Both the position numbers and the translations under genes were made by a program. A stretch of 62,196 nucleotides of DNA, counting the filler, from Sphacelaria rigidula (lineage: Eukaryota), in the NCBI GenBank assembly GCA_964200075.2. It is 11 parts of 11 records of this genome, joined end to end, with 100 filler letters (N's around TTAATTAATTAA, not from the genome) between each part and the next. Parts side by side here need not be neighbours in the genome. Positions count along the whole stretch, not along the records: positions 22,656 to 28,218 come from CAXNAA020026299.1; positions 28,319 to 33,881 come from CAXNAA020026300.1; positions 33,982 to 39,544 come from CAXNAA020026301.1; 8 more parts are not named here. One strand, given 5' to 3'. Under the pieces are notes generated by a model. That model was given only the letters and a program-made list of their open reading frames with translations. It had not been told where the DNA came from and did not search any database. Positions 24,791 to 36,863 of the stretch are shown in pieces (position 1 is the first letter of the stretch; every line of letters begins with the position of its first letter).

Positions 24791-25054
24791 ACACACTTTT
24801 GACTCCCCCCCTTCTCGGGACGAGCCCGTGGTGTCAAGGGATCATCAACTCATCCCTTCCCCGGAACACGCCTCCTGGTATCGCGGATGGGATGGGCACT
24901 CTCTCCCGAACCGCGCCGACCGTCGTCTCTTAAACTCAGCCCAACGGATCATTTTGATACCCACATCCTCACGCTTTGACGACGGAAATCAGACATTTTC
25001 ACTACAGTACTACGGAGTATAATAGCAGTACTTGAGAGAAAAACAGTCAACCTA

Positions 25055-25140
25055 GGCACATTCGGCGGGGATCGAACCCGCGTTTTCCTCGACTAAATGA
25101 TGTCGCTTGTGCAATGTACTGTACTATGAGACCACGGGGG
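25055..25140 (-). mobile_element. tRNA-derived SINE head or tRNA pseudogene
   Basis: Minus strand carries a B-box/T-arm GCGGGTTCGATCCCCGC; no intact D or anticodon arms can be folded. Confidence 0.4.
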
Positions 25141-25849
25141 CGCGGCGGCTGATTGGTCTGTATCCAAGAAAATCGCCAAACTGCGTGACTTCAGACTACT
25201 ACTCACTACAAAGTTGTCGGATTTATTATACAAGAATTGAAATCACTTGATGTAAAAAAATTCAATGTTTGGGCATCTCAAAGTTGAAATTTCTCCCCCA
25301 AGGGATCGGGGGGTATGGGGGGGCATGAGTATGCAAAATGTTCAGTCTACTTGGGGCCTCCTGGTATTGCAGACAGTACGTGAGACACCGACGACCAGTT
25401 GCACATTACAGAGGACGCACATGCGGGCAGGTGAAGAAATCATACCACGTAGTTAAATTCGTTATTTAAGCCGACCTGTTCGGGTCACTGCCACCACACA
25501 CGACGGAACTCGTCCGGCAAAAAATCGGAACGTTTTTTTTTCTGTCGACAAGTTGTCTCTTCCAATACGAATGAAATTTCTATCGTCCTGCAAAAAAGTC
25601 ATGCAAAAGCCGTCGGACCGAAAGTGGGCCGCATCTTCCGGTTTTGTGTATCTTGTGTTTCTCGTTATCGCTGTACGTCGTCGTCATATGTATGTATTTC
25701 GCAACTGCCGTACAGTCGAATACATGGGAAAAAAAGAGAATCCCGACAGCGGTTGGCGGAATGACAAACGGGGACTGACACTGACGAAGAAATTGACAGC
25801 AATCGTAGGACGCATTCCGCAATCACCCTATTCTCGTTCGAATTTATAT

Positions 25850-27660
25850 CTCACCACCACGCCATCCTCCGGGGTTCCATTTGCGGGATTGGCGGACGCC
25901 TCTATGGCCTCCACCGATGGTTCCTTCATGCGCAACATCGCGGCGCCCGCTATGTAGCGGTATACCTCGACCAAGTAGTGGAAGTATCCTGGTTTGCCCT
26001 TGGGGTCCGAGAAATAACCGACGCCCGTATACCATTGTTGCACATCTGGGATCGTCCGCTGCCGAGATCCTCGAACAGAGAGAGGAATAGAAAATACAAC
26101 ATCAAGGGTTCGATAAGTGTGCGATTGGCGGACAAAGGATGAGGATATCCAGCGGTATGGAACAAGAGCATGGGGGGAAGGGGGAGTTCAAGAGGTGGCA
26201 ACGTTCGCACTGGGTGTTGTCGGGCACCTCCTAAAACCGGACCAGGTATGATCTCAGTATTGGCGGATGCACTGTTTTTGAAGCCACTATAATGTAGGTA
26301 GCCCCCGAGGCGAACAATGAGTAACTTGTACGGTAACACTCTCCTAGCTCTGATTGGTCGAGTGATCCCCGCACTTATTCCCTAGACCGCTCCCTGCAGG
26401 TTCATATCCTGTCACCTTCAAAAAGGTACGCTCCCCCTCCCCTACCCAACCCATGCTCACCTACGGCTCCGTTAGCTAGACTACTATACAAGCAGTAAGA
26501 AGAGGCTACTAGCCAAAGGTTCGGACAGATGCAACCGACTTCAAGAAGTGACCGTCAACCCACAGAGAGAGATGGTCCTCTGATCGCAGAGAAAGTTATG
26601 TAAGTACTATCAAGATGGTCGTGTATTTCAGGCGAAAACAACGCCAGAGGCTCGAAACAGGCGCTTCGGAATAAAGAGATCACGACACGGAGAGACCCTT
26701 GAATGGCTTCGTGGTACAGGGGTAGTGAGCGTCTCTCCAGAAAAAACAAAATCCGCAGGCGTTTTTCCTTCGTCGTTGCACATTCGGAGATACGCCGTCA
26801 GGCATTCATCAAAATCCCATGAACCCACACAGATCCAGAACCGCTTGATCCCTGCCTTGCAAACAAAGGTGAAATATCGATGCATCTGCCGGTATTGTAG
26901 ACTCACCGCGGGACACGAACTTTGATAGTAGCATGCACCGCCATCTCGACACGAATGACATATATGTGTATGTATAGTATATATATATAGAATATTTGAA
27001 CTCACGAGCGTGAAGCATACTTTGTGACGAGGCGTCCACGAGATTTATTGCTGATTTTCGTGTGCAAGTTCCTCCGCACCCGCCCCGGGAGATGATTGTT
27101 CGGGTCAATGCCAATGCTAGGGGCCCGGTTGGTGGATTCTTGCTTTACTTTGTGCGGGGTTACATATGCGTTCGCGACCGTTCGAACGTACGCGCGATCG
27201 CGGTGGTCCTGCAATGTTTCCGGCGGGCATGAACATTTCGAGAGAGGATCTGTTCTCACGAGGGCTTGGCAAGGCAAGAATACCCCGACCCTCAAAAAAG
27301 ACGGACGGGACCGGGGCGCAGCCCCGGGTCCCGTGCGGCTTCTATATATGTACATGTATCATTTAACTTTTTTCACCACTTTTGCCGAGGTTTCTCTGGC
27401 GGCAAGGCATCTCATCACGCGCTTTCTTTTGCAGTGCACGAAGAAGGGGCAGCGGTACATTACCGTTCAGGTTTGGGTGTCATCTGGTACCTGTGGTACG
27501 TGTTCTGGCCATCGAAAGTCGCTCGCACTGGCTCTTTTTCACGGGGTGCCGATCCCGGGTCACAAAAACCTTCCCAAGTTCATGAAAACCTTCAGGCAGC
27601 AGGATGATTGTTGGTGGGGTATTTTCCCCTCGTGTTTCTCTTCGTCGGGTTCTCGTTCAT
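25850..27660 (-). pseudogene. Decayed multi-exon coding sequence of unknown family (possibly transposase-derived)
   Basis: Protein-like segments with splice-like borders: TVMYRCPFFVHCKRKRVMRC (about 27400-27470), MHRYFTFVCKAGIKRFWICVGSWDFDECL (about 26800-26880) and RTIPDVQQWYTGVGYFSDPKGKPGYFHYLVEVYRY (about 25850-26060, donor gtgaga). Frameshifts and stops are present. Confidence 0.3.
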
Positions 27661-28139
27661 TTGGGATCACAAGTACACCGTTTATGCCGCCAATGTCACG
27701 AGAACATGAGAGCAATACAGTTGAAAACAATTGAACGTTACCTTGGCCTTAGTCAGCAGCAAACAACAGACCGTGCGGTGAACCTTTGACGAGTTGAACA
27801 AGGCACACACGTGGGCAAACGTCCCCACTGTGGGTCAACTGTGCGAAACCGGTAAAGGGGGGTGCAGAAATCCCTGTGATGATGCAACCCGTAGGATGCA
27901 CCTGCAAAATACAAGCGCAGGGATATCCTTGTGACAGGGTTGACAGGTTTGTCCTTGTGGCAGGGATGACAGGGAGAATCATACGAGTACGCACCTCATG
28001 TATCTTTCGACAGCTCAGTACTGTATTTCAAGTACAAGTCAAGCGTTACTTTGCAGGTGGGTATCTCCGCCGTGTCTGAACGAACCAACCTGAAAATTAG
28101 CACAGAGGTAGACCACAACACACGAGTCATCCTACGATA

Positions 28140-28187
28140 GGGGACGTACTCATTTGTTGCTTGCCTTAGTCGTTTGACCATTGACCA
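28140..28187 (-). mobile_element. Minimal 3' tip of LINE family A
   Basis: GGGGACGTACTCATTTGTTGCTTGCCTTAGTCGTTTGACCATTGACCA, flanked by the direct repeat GTCATCCTACGATAGGGG (28126-28143 and 28200-28217). Confidence 0.8.
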
Positions 28188-30430
28188 ATGTATACCAATG
28201 TCATCCTACGATAGGGGGNNNNNNNNNNNNNNNNNNNNNNNNNNNNNNNNNNNNNNNNNNNNTTAATTAATTAANNNNNNNNNNNNNNNNNNNNNNNNNN
28301 NNNNNNNNNNNNNNNNNNCCCATTTTCGAAAATCGGCTGTTATCTGTTGTGTCGGCAATAGTGGGTGATGGACGACCGTTTGTTTTCATTCCTTCTTGCA
28401 AAACATCTCTGGAGTTAGATGAACCCCCCTAGACCGCGAGGGTAGTCCATCTGGACCATGCAAACGTTTTTCAAGTGAAAAATTATGCAAATTCAGAATG
28501 TGACCAAACCGTCGCGGTCAAGGAGCTAAATATCATATTCATCAAATGAAAAGCCATGCCCACGGAGCAACAAATAAATACACTTTAAAACGCGAGTCAT
28601 TTGTCCGACAAAAGTTGTGGAATCATCGCAGGCGATAAATCAAGCTCCTCAAACCATGACGAGGTGGTGGACCAATACCCGCCCAGCCCACATTGCACAC
28701 CCGGTGACTATTTGTACTCTACTCGTTTGTGTAGGTCCGTCCTCGTTGAAGTTTATCAGTACATGCGACTTTGTCGCATGTTGGGCACATCATGTTGAAC
28801 CAACTTCAACCCGCCCATAAATGGTTCAGCTTCCTGGTTTCACTTACCGGCGTTGGGCTATAAATGTTCATGGTTGATATTACTTGATTTGAGTGCCGAC
28901 AATGAGAATCGGAATATCAGTAGGGCTGGCGGTCCGTGTGCTCCTCGGGTGCGCACAACACGTTTTCGTTGAAATCTGCGCCACAGAAGCCGATTCGAGG
29001 TTTTCCAAGGTCTCACTTTCTTCAGAGAATGTATGTACCGCCCTTGCTCGAGTGTTCTCGGTGTGCGTTAGGTTGGTTCAACCCAGTCAGCCTCCTTGCA
29101 TGCCAGGCTATCGCAAGTGTGGACGAAAGGTGACGCAGTGGCATCTAATATATGAGGACGATAGGGTTCTGGTTTAGACGGCAGTCCGCTTTTTTTCGAT
29201 ATGACTGTTGGATCCATGCCGCTCTCTTCCGATGACGTCAGGCGCATTTTACTTCACGAGCCTGGAAAAGCCCCAGAAGTCGGTCTATTCGTGTCTGTTC
29301 GTGCTTTTGGTCGGTGACACTTTTTGGGCTCATTTTGGGGGGTCAGGCGCACCCATAACTTTCCATGACTACGCAAGTCGGTCGACCACCCTACGATGTA
29401 GGTCCGTCGCCGATTGATGAGAAGGCGCTCAAGTTTTCGCCACCCAAAACAAACATATCATAGCCAACTACTGCAGTGTATCTAGCCCCGTGCCCAACTC
29501 GTGCTCTATGCTGCACGGTTGTGGTGAAAGCCGAGAAAAAATTGTAGGGGTTTGCATAGTTCTGTGAACGGGTGGTATCTGGCGTAGTGGTCTGGAGAAA
29601 AAGAGTCAATTGCTCCATCGTACGTTTCCTCTGTATGTTTTTGATTAAAAAAGCCACGATGTTAAAAATGAAGAATTAAATGCTTGGCATGATGTCAAAG
29701 TTTCTGCGTTCTCTACCGGTTTCCGGGGGTCCCAGTATAAAGACCCTCGGAAGCCGGTAGAGAATGTCTAAAACAAAAAAGGATAACATGATGCGTCCCG
29801 GGATAGTCCAAGGAGCATATGTACAGGTTTCAGTCGAGAAACTCGAACATTTCATTCAGTGTTCCTTGCCTTGACGCCAAATTCACTCCAAAAAGACGGT
29901 CACATACTAAAACCAAGTAGTGAGGAGCTTGCACGTTCCAAGCTCACGTCCTCGCACAAGCGCTCGAACCTTCACGCAGCTTTTGGGAGTTAGACCCTGA
30001 ATCTTCGCACAAGTGTGCTATGAGTCATTACGCGACTTTTGATTGACGGGGTTTTTCTACTTCTTGATGTTTCCGGTTCTTGAGGGTCCGACGGGATTCA
30101 GGTTGTCTTTCAAAGTCATCTTCGCTCTGAGACCCCGGGAAACCGGCACTACGATATTTGTTTCAATTTCTTCGTGAATGCCTTTTATCCGCAAAACCCA
30201 AGGAAAAGTCCCACAAAGTTTCGCTCAGCCCCAACATTTCGGTGATCCAAATCCTAATTTCTACGGCGTGTAGCAGTTGTCAATGAAGATCAGTAGTTGA
30301 AGAAAAGGAATCATATTTCGAAGGTTTGGTGTGGATACGAAGATTTTAATTCTCCGGGTTCCTCATCCCCAATAAAAGATCCATCCCACATTTGTAAGAT
30401 CCCGTGTTGGACACGTTGCTCTCGCCGCAG

Positions 30431-30507
30431 GGTACATGACGCTGACCATCGCAACCGGGCACATTATCGAAGGTGTCAGCCCTTCGCAAGGTCTTGGCTT
30501 TGTAAAG
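30431..30507 (+). CDS. Possible isolated exon, unknown protein
   Basis: Acceptor ttgctctcgccgcag|GG and donor AAG|gtcgta; reads YMTLTIATGHIIEGVSPSQGLGFVK. No partner exon found. Confidence 0.25.
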
Positions 30508-33500
30508 GTCGTACCTCTTTTTTTTGAGCATTCGAAATCCTCCAGAGGGATTTCAACGATATCGCGTCCTCTGGGGGTCAGATTCCCGCTCTAGAGGGCT
30601 TCTGTCAAATTCGAAATCCTCTGGATTTGTTTTGAAGACACTCGTTGTATGGAAATCCGGAATTTAAACTGTGTCTGCTGTTCGAAAAATATCTTTTTGG
30701 CCCGATTACAAATTTTCGAATCAGGTATAAAAGAGGAGCAATGACCTCCAGCCAAAAGATATCCCTTCTCGTTTTTCGCCGAAGGAAGGTACGAAAAATG
30801 GCGAGAAACGCGAACACAGCCAGACACGCCATTTTGACAGTTTTCGCTCCGAATGTTTTATTCACATCAATCGGGGGGGGGGCATTGGCGCCCGGACCTC
30901 GAAAATAAAACGGGGATATAACGTGTTACTCGAGAGATATGGCCACGCGAAAATCGACGTCTCGCTTCCCGAAACCGCCGACCTTTTTTCGCCCAGATTT
31001 ACCTGGTCTAGGAATTATTTTCCAGTCGTACCTTACCTGGGCTACCCATCGGCCGAGAACGTACCTGTGCCAGGCCATTGCTCTCTACACTGTGCCTGAT
31101 GCGGCACATCGCGCGCGAGGGAGTGTACGCGCCAACTCCAACCATGGCGCCCACACATTCGGCTCTTTTCCCGCTCATTTGCCGTTCACGGACGCCACAA
31201 CGACCACGCCCATTTCCCCTCGGAAATGGTTCCCGAGTCTCTCCGCTATTACTGTTCTGTCCCTATCTCTATATGCTTAGCGGCCAGTACTGTATCCGTT
31301 GGTTGAACCAATCATCGATGATGCGACACCCGCCCGTTGGTGGCGGAAGAGCCTAGCTTGACGCTGAAACCAGCCCCGACATCCCAACAGTACAACAGTG
31401 TTCCACAGCCACGGGACTGTCAGCCCTACCAAGGATCCGATCCCCGGTGTACACACTCAAGTCAAGTAATTAATTGCTCTGCTTCGTAATCGCGCTTCCA
31501 GTTTTCTTTTTTCTTTTTTCTTTGTTTTAGGGCTTGTCTTTGCACTTTTTTTTCGATCGAAATAGTGCGGTCGATTTTGTTTTTGCCGATCTGATAGGTC
31601 CACCGCATTCATGTTCCTCGACGGCTTCAACTCAAAACTATAATTAGCGGCGCGCGGAGAAGAATGCAACGAGGTAAAAAATGTATTTTTTTCGATCGAA
31701 AACATGCCGTCGAAAGCCACGAAGCGGCACTTGACTCCTATCTTACAGACCACCACGCCGAATAACACCTGTTCACAGGACCATGCACACTCCATCCAAC
31801 TCATTTTCACGCACAAAGTGTATCCACCCATATAGGTGGATGCTTATTTCCACTGTGACCTTCTATCATGACCGACCCCGCATCGTTTTGTTTATATTCG
31901 GGAGTCCCCTTTTTTTTATCAGCTGCCCGTTTCGGATGTGTTCACATAAAGTCAGTCTTACGCCAAAAGAAAAACATATCAGAACAGAATCTGACATCTT
32001 TTCGTCCCAATACGCACGCACACACCGCGCAACCTCAGATTCAGCAAGATGGGGTTGTTGTCTGTAGTCTACATGACATGTGGTCGAAGTTTTGGAACGT
32101 AAAAGTACTGACAGCGCTTGCACGGCCGTGTTTCCTGAAGTGAGCACCTCTACAGGCGATACCAAGATATGTACCGCGTAGAAGGACATAATCCAGATTG
32201 TGCGCAATACGGATCGATGTGTTCGTTTGCCGGGGCAGGAGCAACCCAGCAGGAAGTGAGTGTGTCTGCGTGTCAACATATGCATCGACTAACGTCTCAC
32301 GCAGTCTGGGCCGAAGGAACTGCTATGAGGTCGTATCGATTGGCATTGCCCAAAACCCGTAATTTGCTTCGTTTTTCTAGCGCACCACGTAAAACGTGCC
32401 GCCGCTCCGGGAATATGCTGCCTGTGCTGTGGTCTACCTCTGTGCCAAGTTTCAGGCTGGCTACAACAGACACGGCGGAGAAATCCACAAGCAAAATAAC
32501 CCTTGATTCGGACTGAAAATAGAGTACTATACCCTGTTCAACCGTCGAAAGATGCATGAGGTGCGTATGGGTTTTGTATGCGGGAACCTTGGCAGTTGAC
32601 TTGCTTCTTTTTTGGCGTAAGACTGAAGTGGGTTCGGGTTACGAGCAAAACCAGAGCCAAGTTTTTGAAGTTGACAGCGCCACTTCTACAAACCCGCTCA
32701 GCGGGCAGGTGAACAGCATGCACATAGTTCATATGAACACAGCTACACGCACAGGAGGTCAGAAGGTTTCGAGGTCACCAACTGAGCCACCGGGGAGACC
32801 GGCATACAGCAGAGACGAACACGAAGAGGGTCGACGGAGTATCGAAGTCCAGCCAGCACGAGTCAATGTTGAGCACGACGGAAAACACCCACTTTGATCT
32901 TTCATCCGATGGTGCCGTGGATGAGGGGTTTTTTCTCAACATGATGAGCACAGTACATACTGTACGATGTAGACTTTACGGTATAATAACAGTAGTACAA
33001 TGAAGTGCCAGGGTGTTGCAGCAGGCAAGAGTATTCACAATACAGGCCGTGGATTGTGCGAACGGTACGACGTTACAAGTATGGGCTATGCTTCGCAAAC
33101 ACGGCACAGCTGTAGCCTATACTTGTTATCTTGCACTACTCCATGTCCGAGAACAGGCTATACTCTGCCAGGTTACAGGCACGGGCAGTACTCGCGAGCA
33201 CAGTAGGTAGCTGTGCTTTGCCAACACAGTACAGTACTGTACCGTCTTCACTGTGAGGTTCGAGGTCACATGCAGATGCACGTCCATGGCAGTGGATGCA
33301 GATGCAGAGGATATGACTACTGACTACTGCCTGCACTACGGTACTACACGTGAAGGCTTCACTTCGTTTACTGTGTGTGTTACTGCTGTGTACTACTGCC
33401 TGCACTCCTGTACTATGCGTGGAGGCTTCACTTTGTTTGAAACCATCCGTAACGGGCAGCTGATGAAAAACAAATGGGCTCCCGAATTGAAAAAAAAACG

Positions 33501-33824
33501 CGGAATCGGTCTTGATAGAAGGTCACGGTGGAAATAAGCATCCACCTATACAGTTGGACATACTTTGTGCGTCATTCTCAGCTACCACCACAACCCTGCA
33601 GCATAGAACACGAGTTGAGCACGAGGATAGATACACTACAGTAGTAGGGTGTGCTTTGTTTATTTTTTGTTGGCGAAAACTTGCGCATCTTCTCTCATGG
33701 TGGGCATCAGGGACGGAACTAAGGTACGATAGGCAACCGAGTTGCGTGCACGCTCATGGACAGTGCAGGCAGTACAAAGCTGCACATTGCTAAAGTTCTT
33801 TCCACGTCGCATTGTAAGAAATAA

Positions 33825-33881
33825 GCCGGTCGCCCCGGTGGCTCAGTTGGTAATCTCGTATCCTTCTGACGGTTGAGTTGT
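33825..33881 (+). mobile_element. 5' head of tRNA-derived SINE (cut by contig end)
   Basis: GCCGGTCGCCCCGGTGGCTCAGTTGGTAA contains an A-box (TGGCTCAGTTGG). An inverted copy lies at 32758-32803, and it overlaps the start of the SINE at 60045. Confidence 0.7.
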
Positions 33882-36236
33882 NNNNNNNNNNNNNNNNNNN
33901 NNNNNNNNNNNNNNNNNNNNNNNNNTTAATTAATTAANNNNNNNNNNNNNNNNNNNNNNNNNNNNNNNNNNNNNNNNNNNNTGTGAGGAAAGCACTGTTT
34001 TAGGCTTGAACCTCATCTCAAAGTTAAACCTCAATTCGCACAATTTGTTGTTAATACAAGAGCGCACGGTAGCGACAGCCTGTAACGGAAGTAGCAACAT
34101 TACCTCACGCCTCGCCAAATTTTTCCGGACTACTAGTGGTAAGTAGTCGAGGCACACGGCACGGAGCATGATCCCATAAATGTAATCATGGTAGGTGGTG
34201 AGCTTGAAGAGGCCGGATGTCCATCATCTCAGCGGTCTCTACACTACGGATCTCTGTACATAGCAGCTGACCGCATCCTTCAACGCCTCGGCAATAAACA
34301 AGGGGACAGCAAGCTGGGTGGCAAGGCATGTAAAAAAAAACATTCGGGACACTTGGGTATTGCCGAGGCGTTGGCGGATGCGGTCAGCTGCTGGGTACAG
34401 AGATCCATGGTACGGAGACTACTGAGATGACGTACACACCACCCCTCCAAGCTCATCACCCACCATGATTACATTTATGGGATCATGTTCCGTGTTTGTG
34501 CCTCGACTATCTGCCACTAGTCCGGCCAAATCTGGCAAGGTGTGGGATAATGTTGCTACTTTGGCTACAGGCTGTCGCCACCATTCCCTCTTGTACTGTA
34601 CATAGATGTGTGTAAGCGCTGCCGGCATCCGAGGTCATCGGAACGAGGCGGGCAAGGAGCAGAAGCAAATATACGAACCTCGCAAAGCCCGCCAGACTTT
34701 TCGATTTTTGTCGACCCATTTATTTCGACAGTATTTTCGAAAAATGACAATTTTTCCAATCACGGAAGAAAATCTGCAAAAGTTGCCCAGTTTTTCAATA
34801 TATCCCCAAATTCAACTTACCTTTACCGAGCTATCTCCAACTCGAGGTACCCGGTGCATTCATCAGCAAAACAATGATTGGATATGCCTCTCGTGAGTCT
34901 CTCTTCCATGTTTCTCGTATAGCTCAAGTGCACGTTCCCACTTGACGTCGAAAAGGAATCGATGACGTTGTTTCATCCCCTGTTGCGCACCAGATAAAAT
35001 CGACTGCGTGTGCAGGTGACTTGCGGATTCATCTGTGATGTACAATCTGCGCGTGCGTCCGTGTAGTACGTACTTCGTCATCATGTTCGTGACGTCTGAT
35101 TTTCGGCGTACAACAGTACCTTATTCATCTCACCCCCTGTCCAGCTTCAATGCGTGAAGGCGTGTAGGGTCGGTTGCGTTTTATCATTGAGTGTTCTTCT
35201 CTATCGAGATTTTCGCGGATCACGGACCATTTTCGAAAAGCCGCCGCACGCCACAAGAGCATAGTACAGGGTTCAAATACAAGGACAAATATCGCCGCAG
35301 CACACCACCTGACTCCAATAATAGATATCGGCACTCAATCCCTTCTCATGCACCTAATTCTGCATGACCGCGAGTAGGTGGGGGTACTCTTCATGTAACG
35401 ATAACCCGTCTCCCGCCTCGCATCATGCCTGGAGGTGCCGTGTTTTCTCATGATTTGTCCTCAGCCGACGGAAGTCGTTTTTTCTGATCTTGAGACAGAT
35501 TTCAAGGTCCTCATCTTCGCTCGAATTTCCCGTTTTTTCAAGAAAATCAAGACTTGATGGTCATTTTGTTCGGTATTTAGTGGTGGGGTGCTTCTGCAGC
35601 TAATGTGCGTACAGTGGTCCGTACAGTACCTCTACGGAAAATTTCTCCCCCTCTTGCGCGTCAAAGATCGTATAGGTGATTCGCGTGCTTTCTCTCAAAA
35701 AAATAGTCGTCGCTACGTCTTCCGAGCGCGGGCGTGCGCGCAAATCTGGGGAAGTGCACATTATATACGCGTGATATGAGAGTAACCGTGCAAGGGAGCG
35801 GATTTTTTCCCGCAACTTGCCGCAACGGCCAGCCTCTTGGTGAGCTATTATTGTTGTATGGCTCAAATTCCTGAAATTGGTCATTCTTCTACAACCAAAA
35901 CTCAGCTTGCCCAGAAGAACGAGAACTGTTCTCATCTTCCGAACTTTTGACAACACCGACGTCTGACGCTGCTGTACGTTGCGTGACGTAACCAGCCTCG
36001 ATCTTGTAACGTGGAGAGGAAACTGCCGTCACGAACATGCCAGGTAAAGTCAGAGGAACATGAGGAGATGATAGAATTAGAAAACGAACGTCATCCACCA
36101 CAACCGCAGCCATCGTCTTGCGTGCGCTGACGCGTCATTCGAGACTGAATAAGGAAAGCCTCGGCCCGCACACCACAACACACAGCAGCACCTCGTCCAG
36201 CAATCTCTAGCTCTCAGTAACACTTCCGATCGTGAG

Positions 36237-36863
36237 ATGAAATCTAGCAGGAGTGCACTTACGGTCGGTACCAATGCGGTGCGGATGTATGATTCGCAAC
36301 ATACACCAAGCTTACTTCTCCATCCGGCAGGGAACCAGACAACAACGGCGCCCTTGTATCGTCCTTCTCGTTCTCCTCCAACGGAAAACCGGGTCAACCA
36401 CAACAACAGCGGGGTTTTGTACCTATCCGGATTCCGCATTGTGCAGGACGCAACGCTCACCCGCCATGCCGAGTATCGCTTAGTTGTAGCTGGCCACGGC
36501 CATTGGTATCGGTTTTCAGAGCTGAAAGCACTCGCGTATCATCCGATGAGCGAGGCGACTCGCCAAGCGTGGGTCGCCGTGCGCGCTTGCAAACCGCCGC
36601 CAGGGGGGCGTACTTTGTGTTCGAAGTACTTGAGTCACAAGTGCATGGCCCTCGAGAAGTTTCTGTGTCTTTTGCTCAAGGATCTTCCGTTGCACACGAC
36701 AGCACACCCGACGGGGAGCAAGCACCAGCAGCAACTACGCGTTCAGCAATTGCTCCGCCGCCTTCGCAGGAAAAGTAACGTGGCGCGTGAGCGAGGAGCA
36801 CTGTTTGCGCCTACTTCCAAGAGACTGACCGGGAGTGCGGACTCACAGCTCAAGATGCGGTGA
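36237..36863 (+). CDS. Intronless ORF encoding a PX (Phox)-like domain protein, 208 aa
   Basis: LYLSGFRIV...HAEYRLVV...WYRFSELKAL...KPPP..R.L..KYLSHKCMALEKFLCLLL matches the PX layout (beta strands, R[YF]SEFxxL, proline loop, LExFLxxLL). The start may be ATG 36237 or 36285. Confidence 0.6.
   Translation: MKSSRSALTVGTNAVRMYDSQHTPSLLLHPAGNQTTTAPLYRPSRSPPTENRVNHNNSGVLYLSGFRIVQDATLTRHAEYRLVVAGHGHWYRFSELKALAYHPMSEATRQAWVAVRACKPPPGGRTLCSKYLSHKCMALEKFLCLLLKDLPLHTTAHPTGSKHQQQLRVQQLLRRLRRKSNVARERGALFAPTSKRLTGSADSQLKMR

Noticed and set aside
29391..33732. Long-range inverted repeats (29391-29537 vs 33575-33732; 31810-31940 vs 33440-33570) as ends of one large element
   Set aside because: The arms are quite diverged and there is no transposase or TSD; independent copies of dispersed MITE families explain them more simply.
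33825..33881. tRNA gene candidates (also 25055-25140, 32758-32803, 60045-60100)
   Set aside because: Only A- or B-box fragments without a full cloverleaf. Those at 32758, 33825 and 60045 match one SINE head; 25055 has only a T-arm.
34860..35960. Short minus-strand ORFs suggesting a transposase relic
   Set aside because: No catalytic or DNA-binding motif could be identified.
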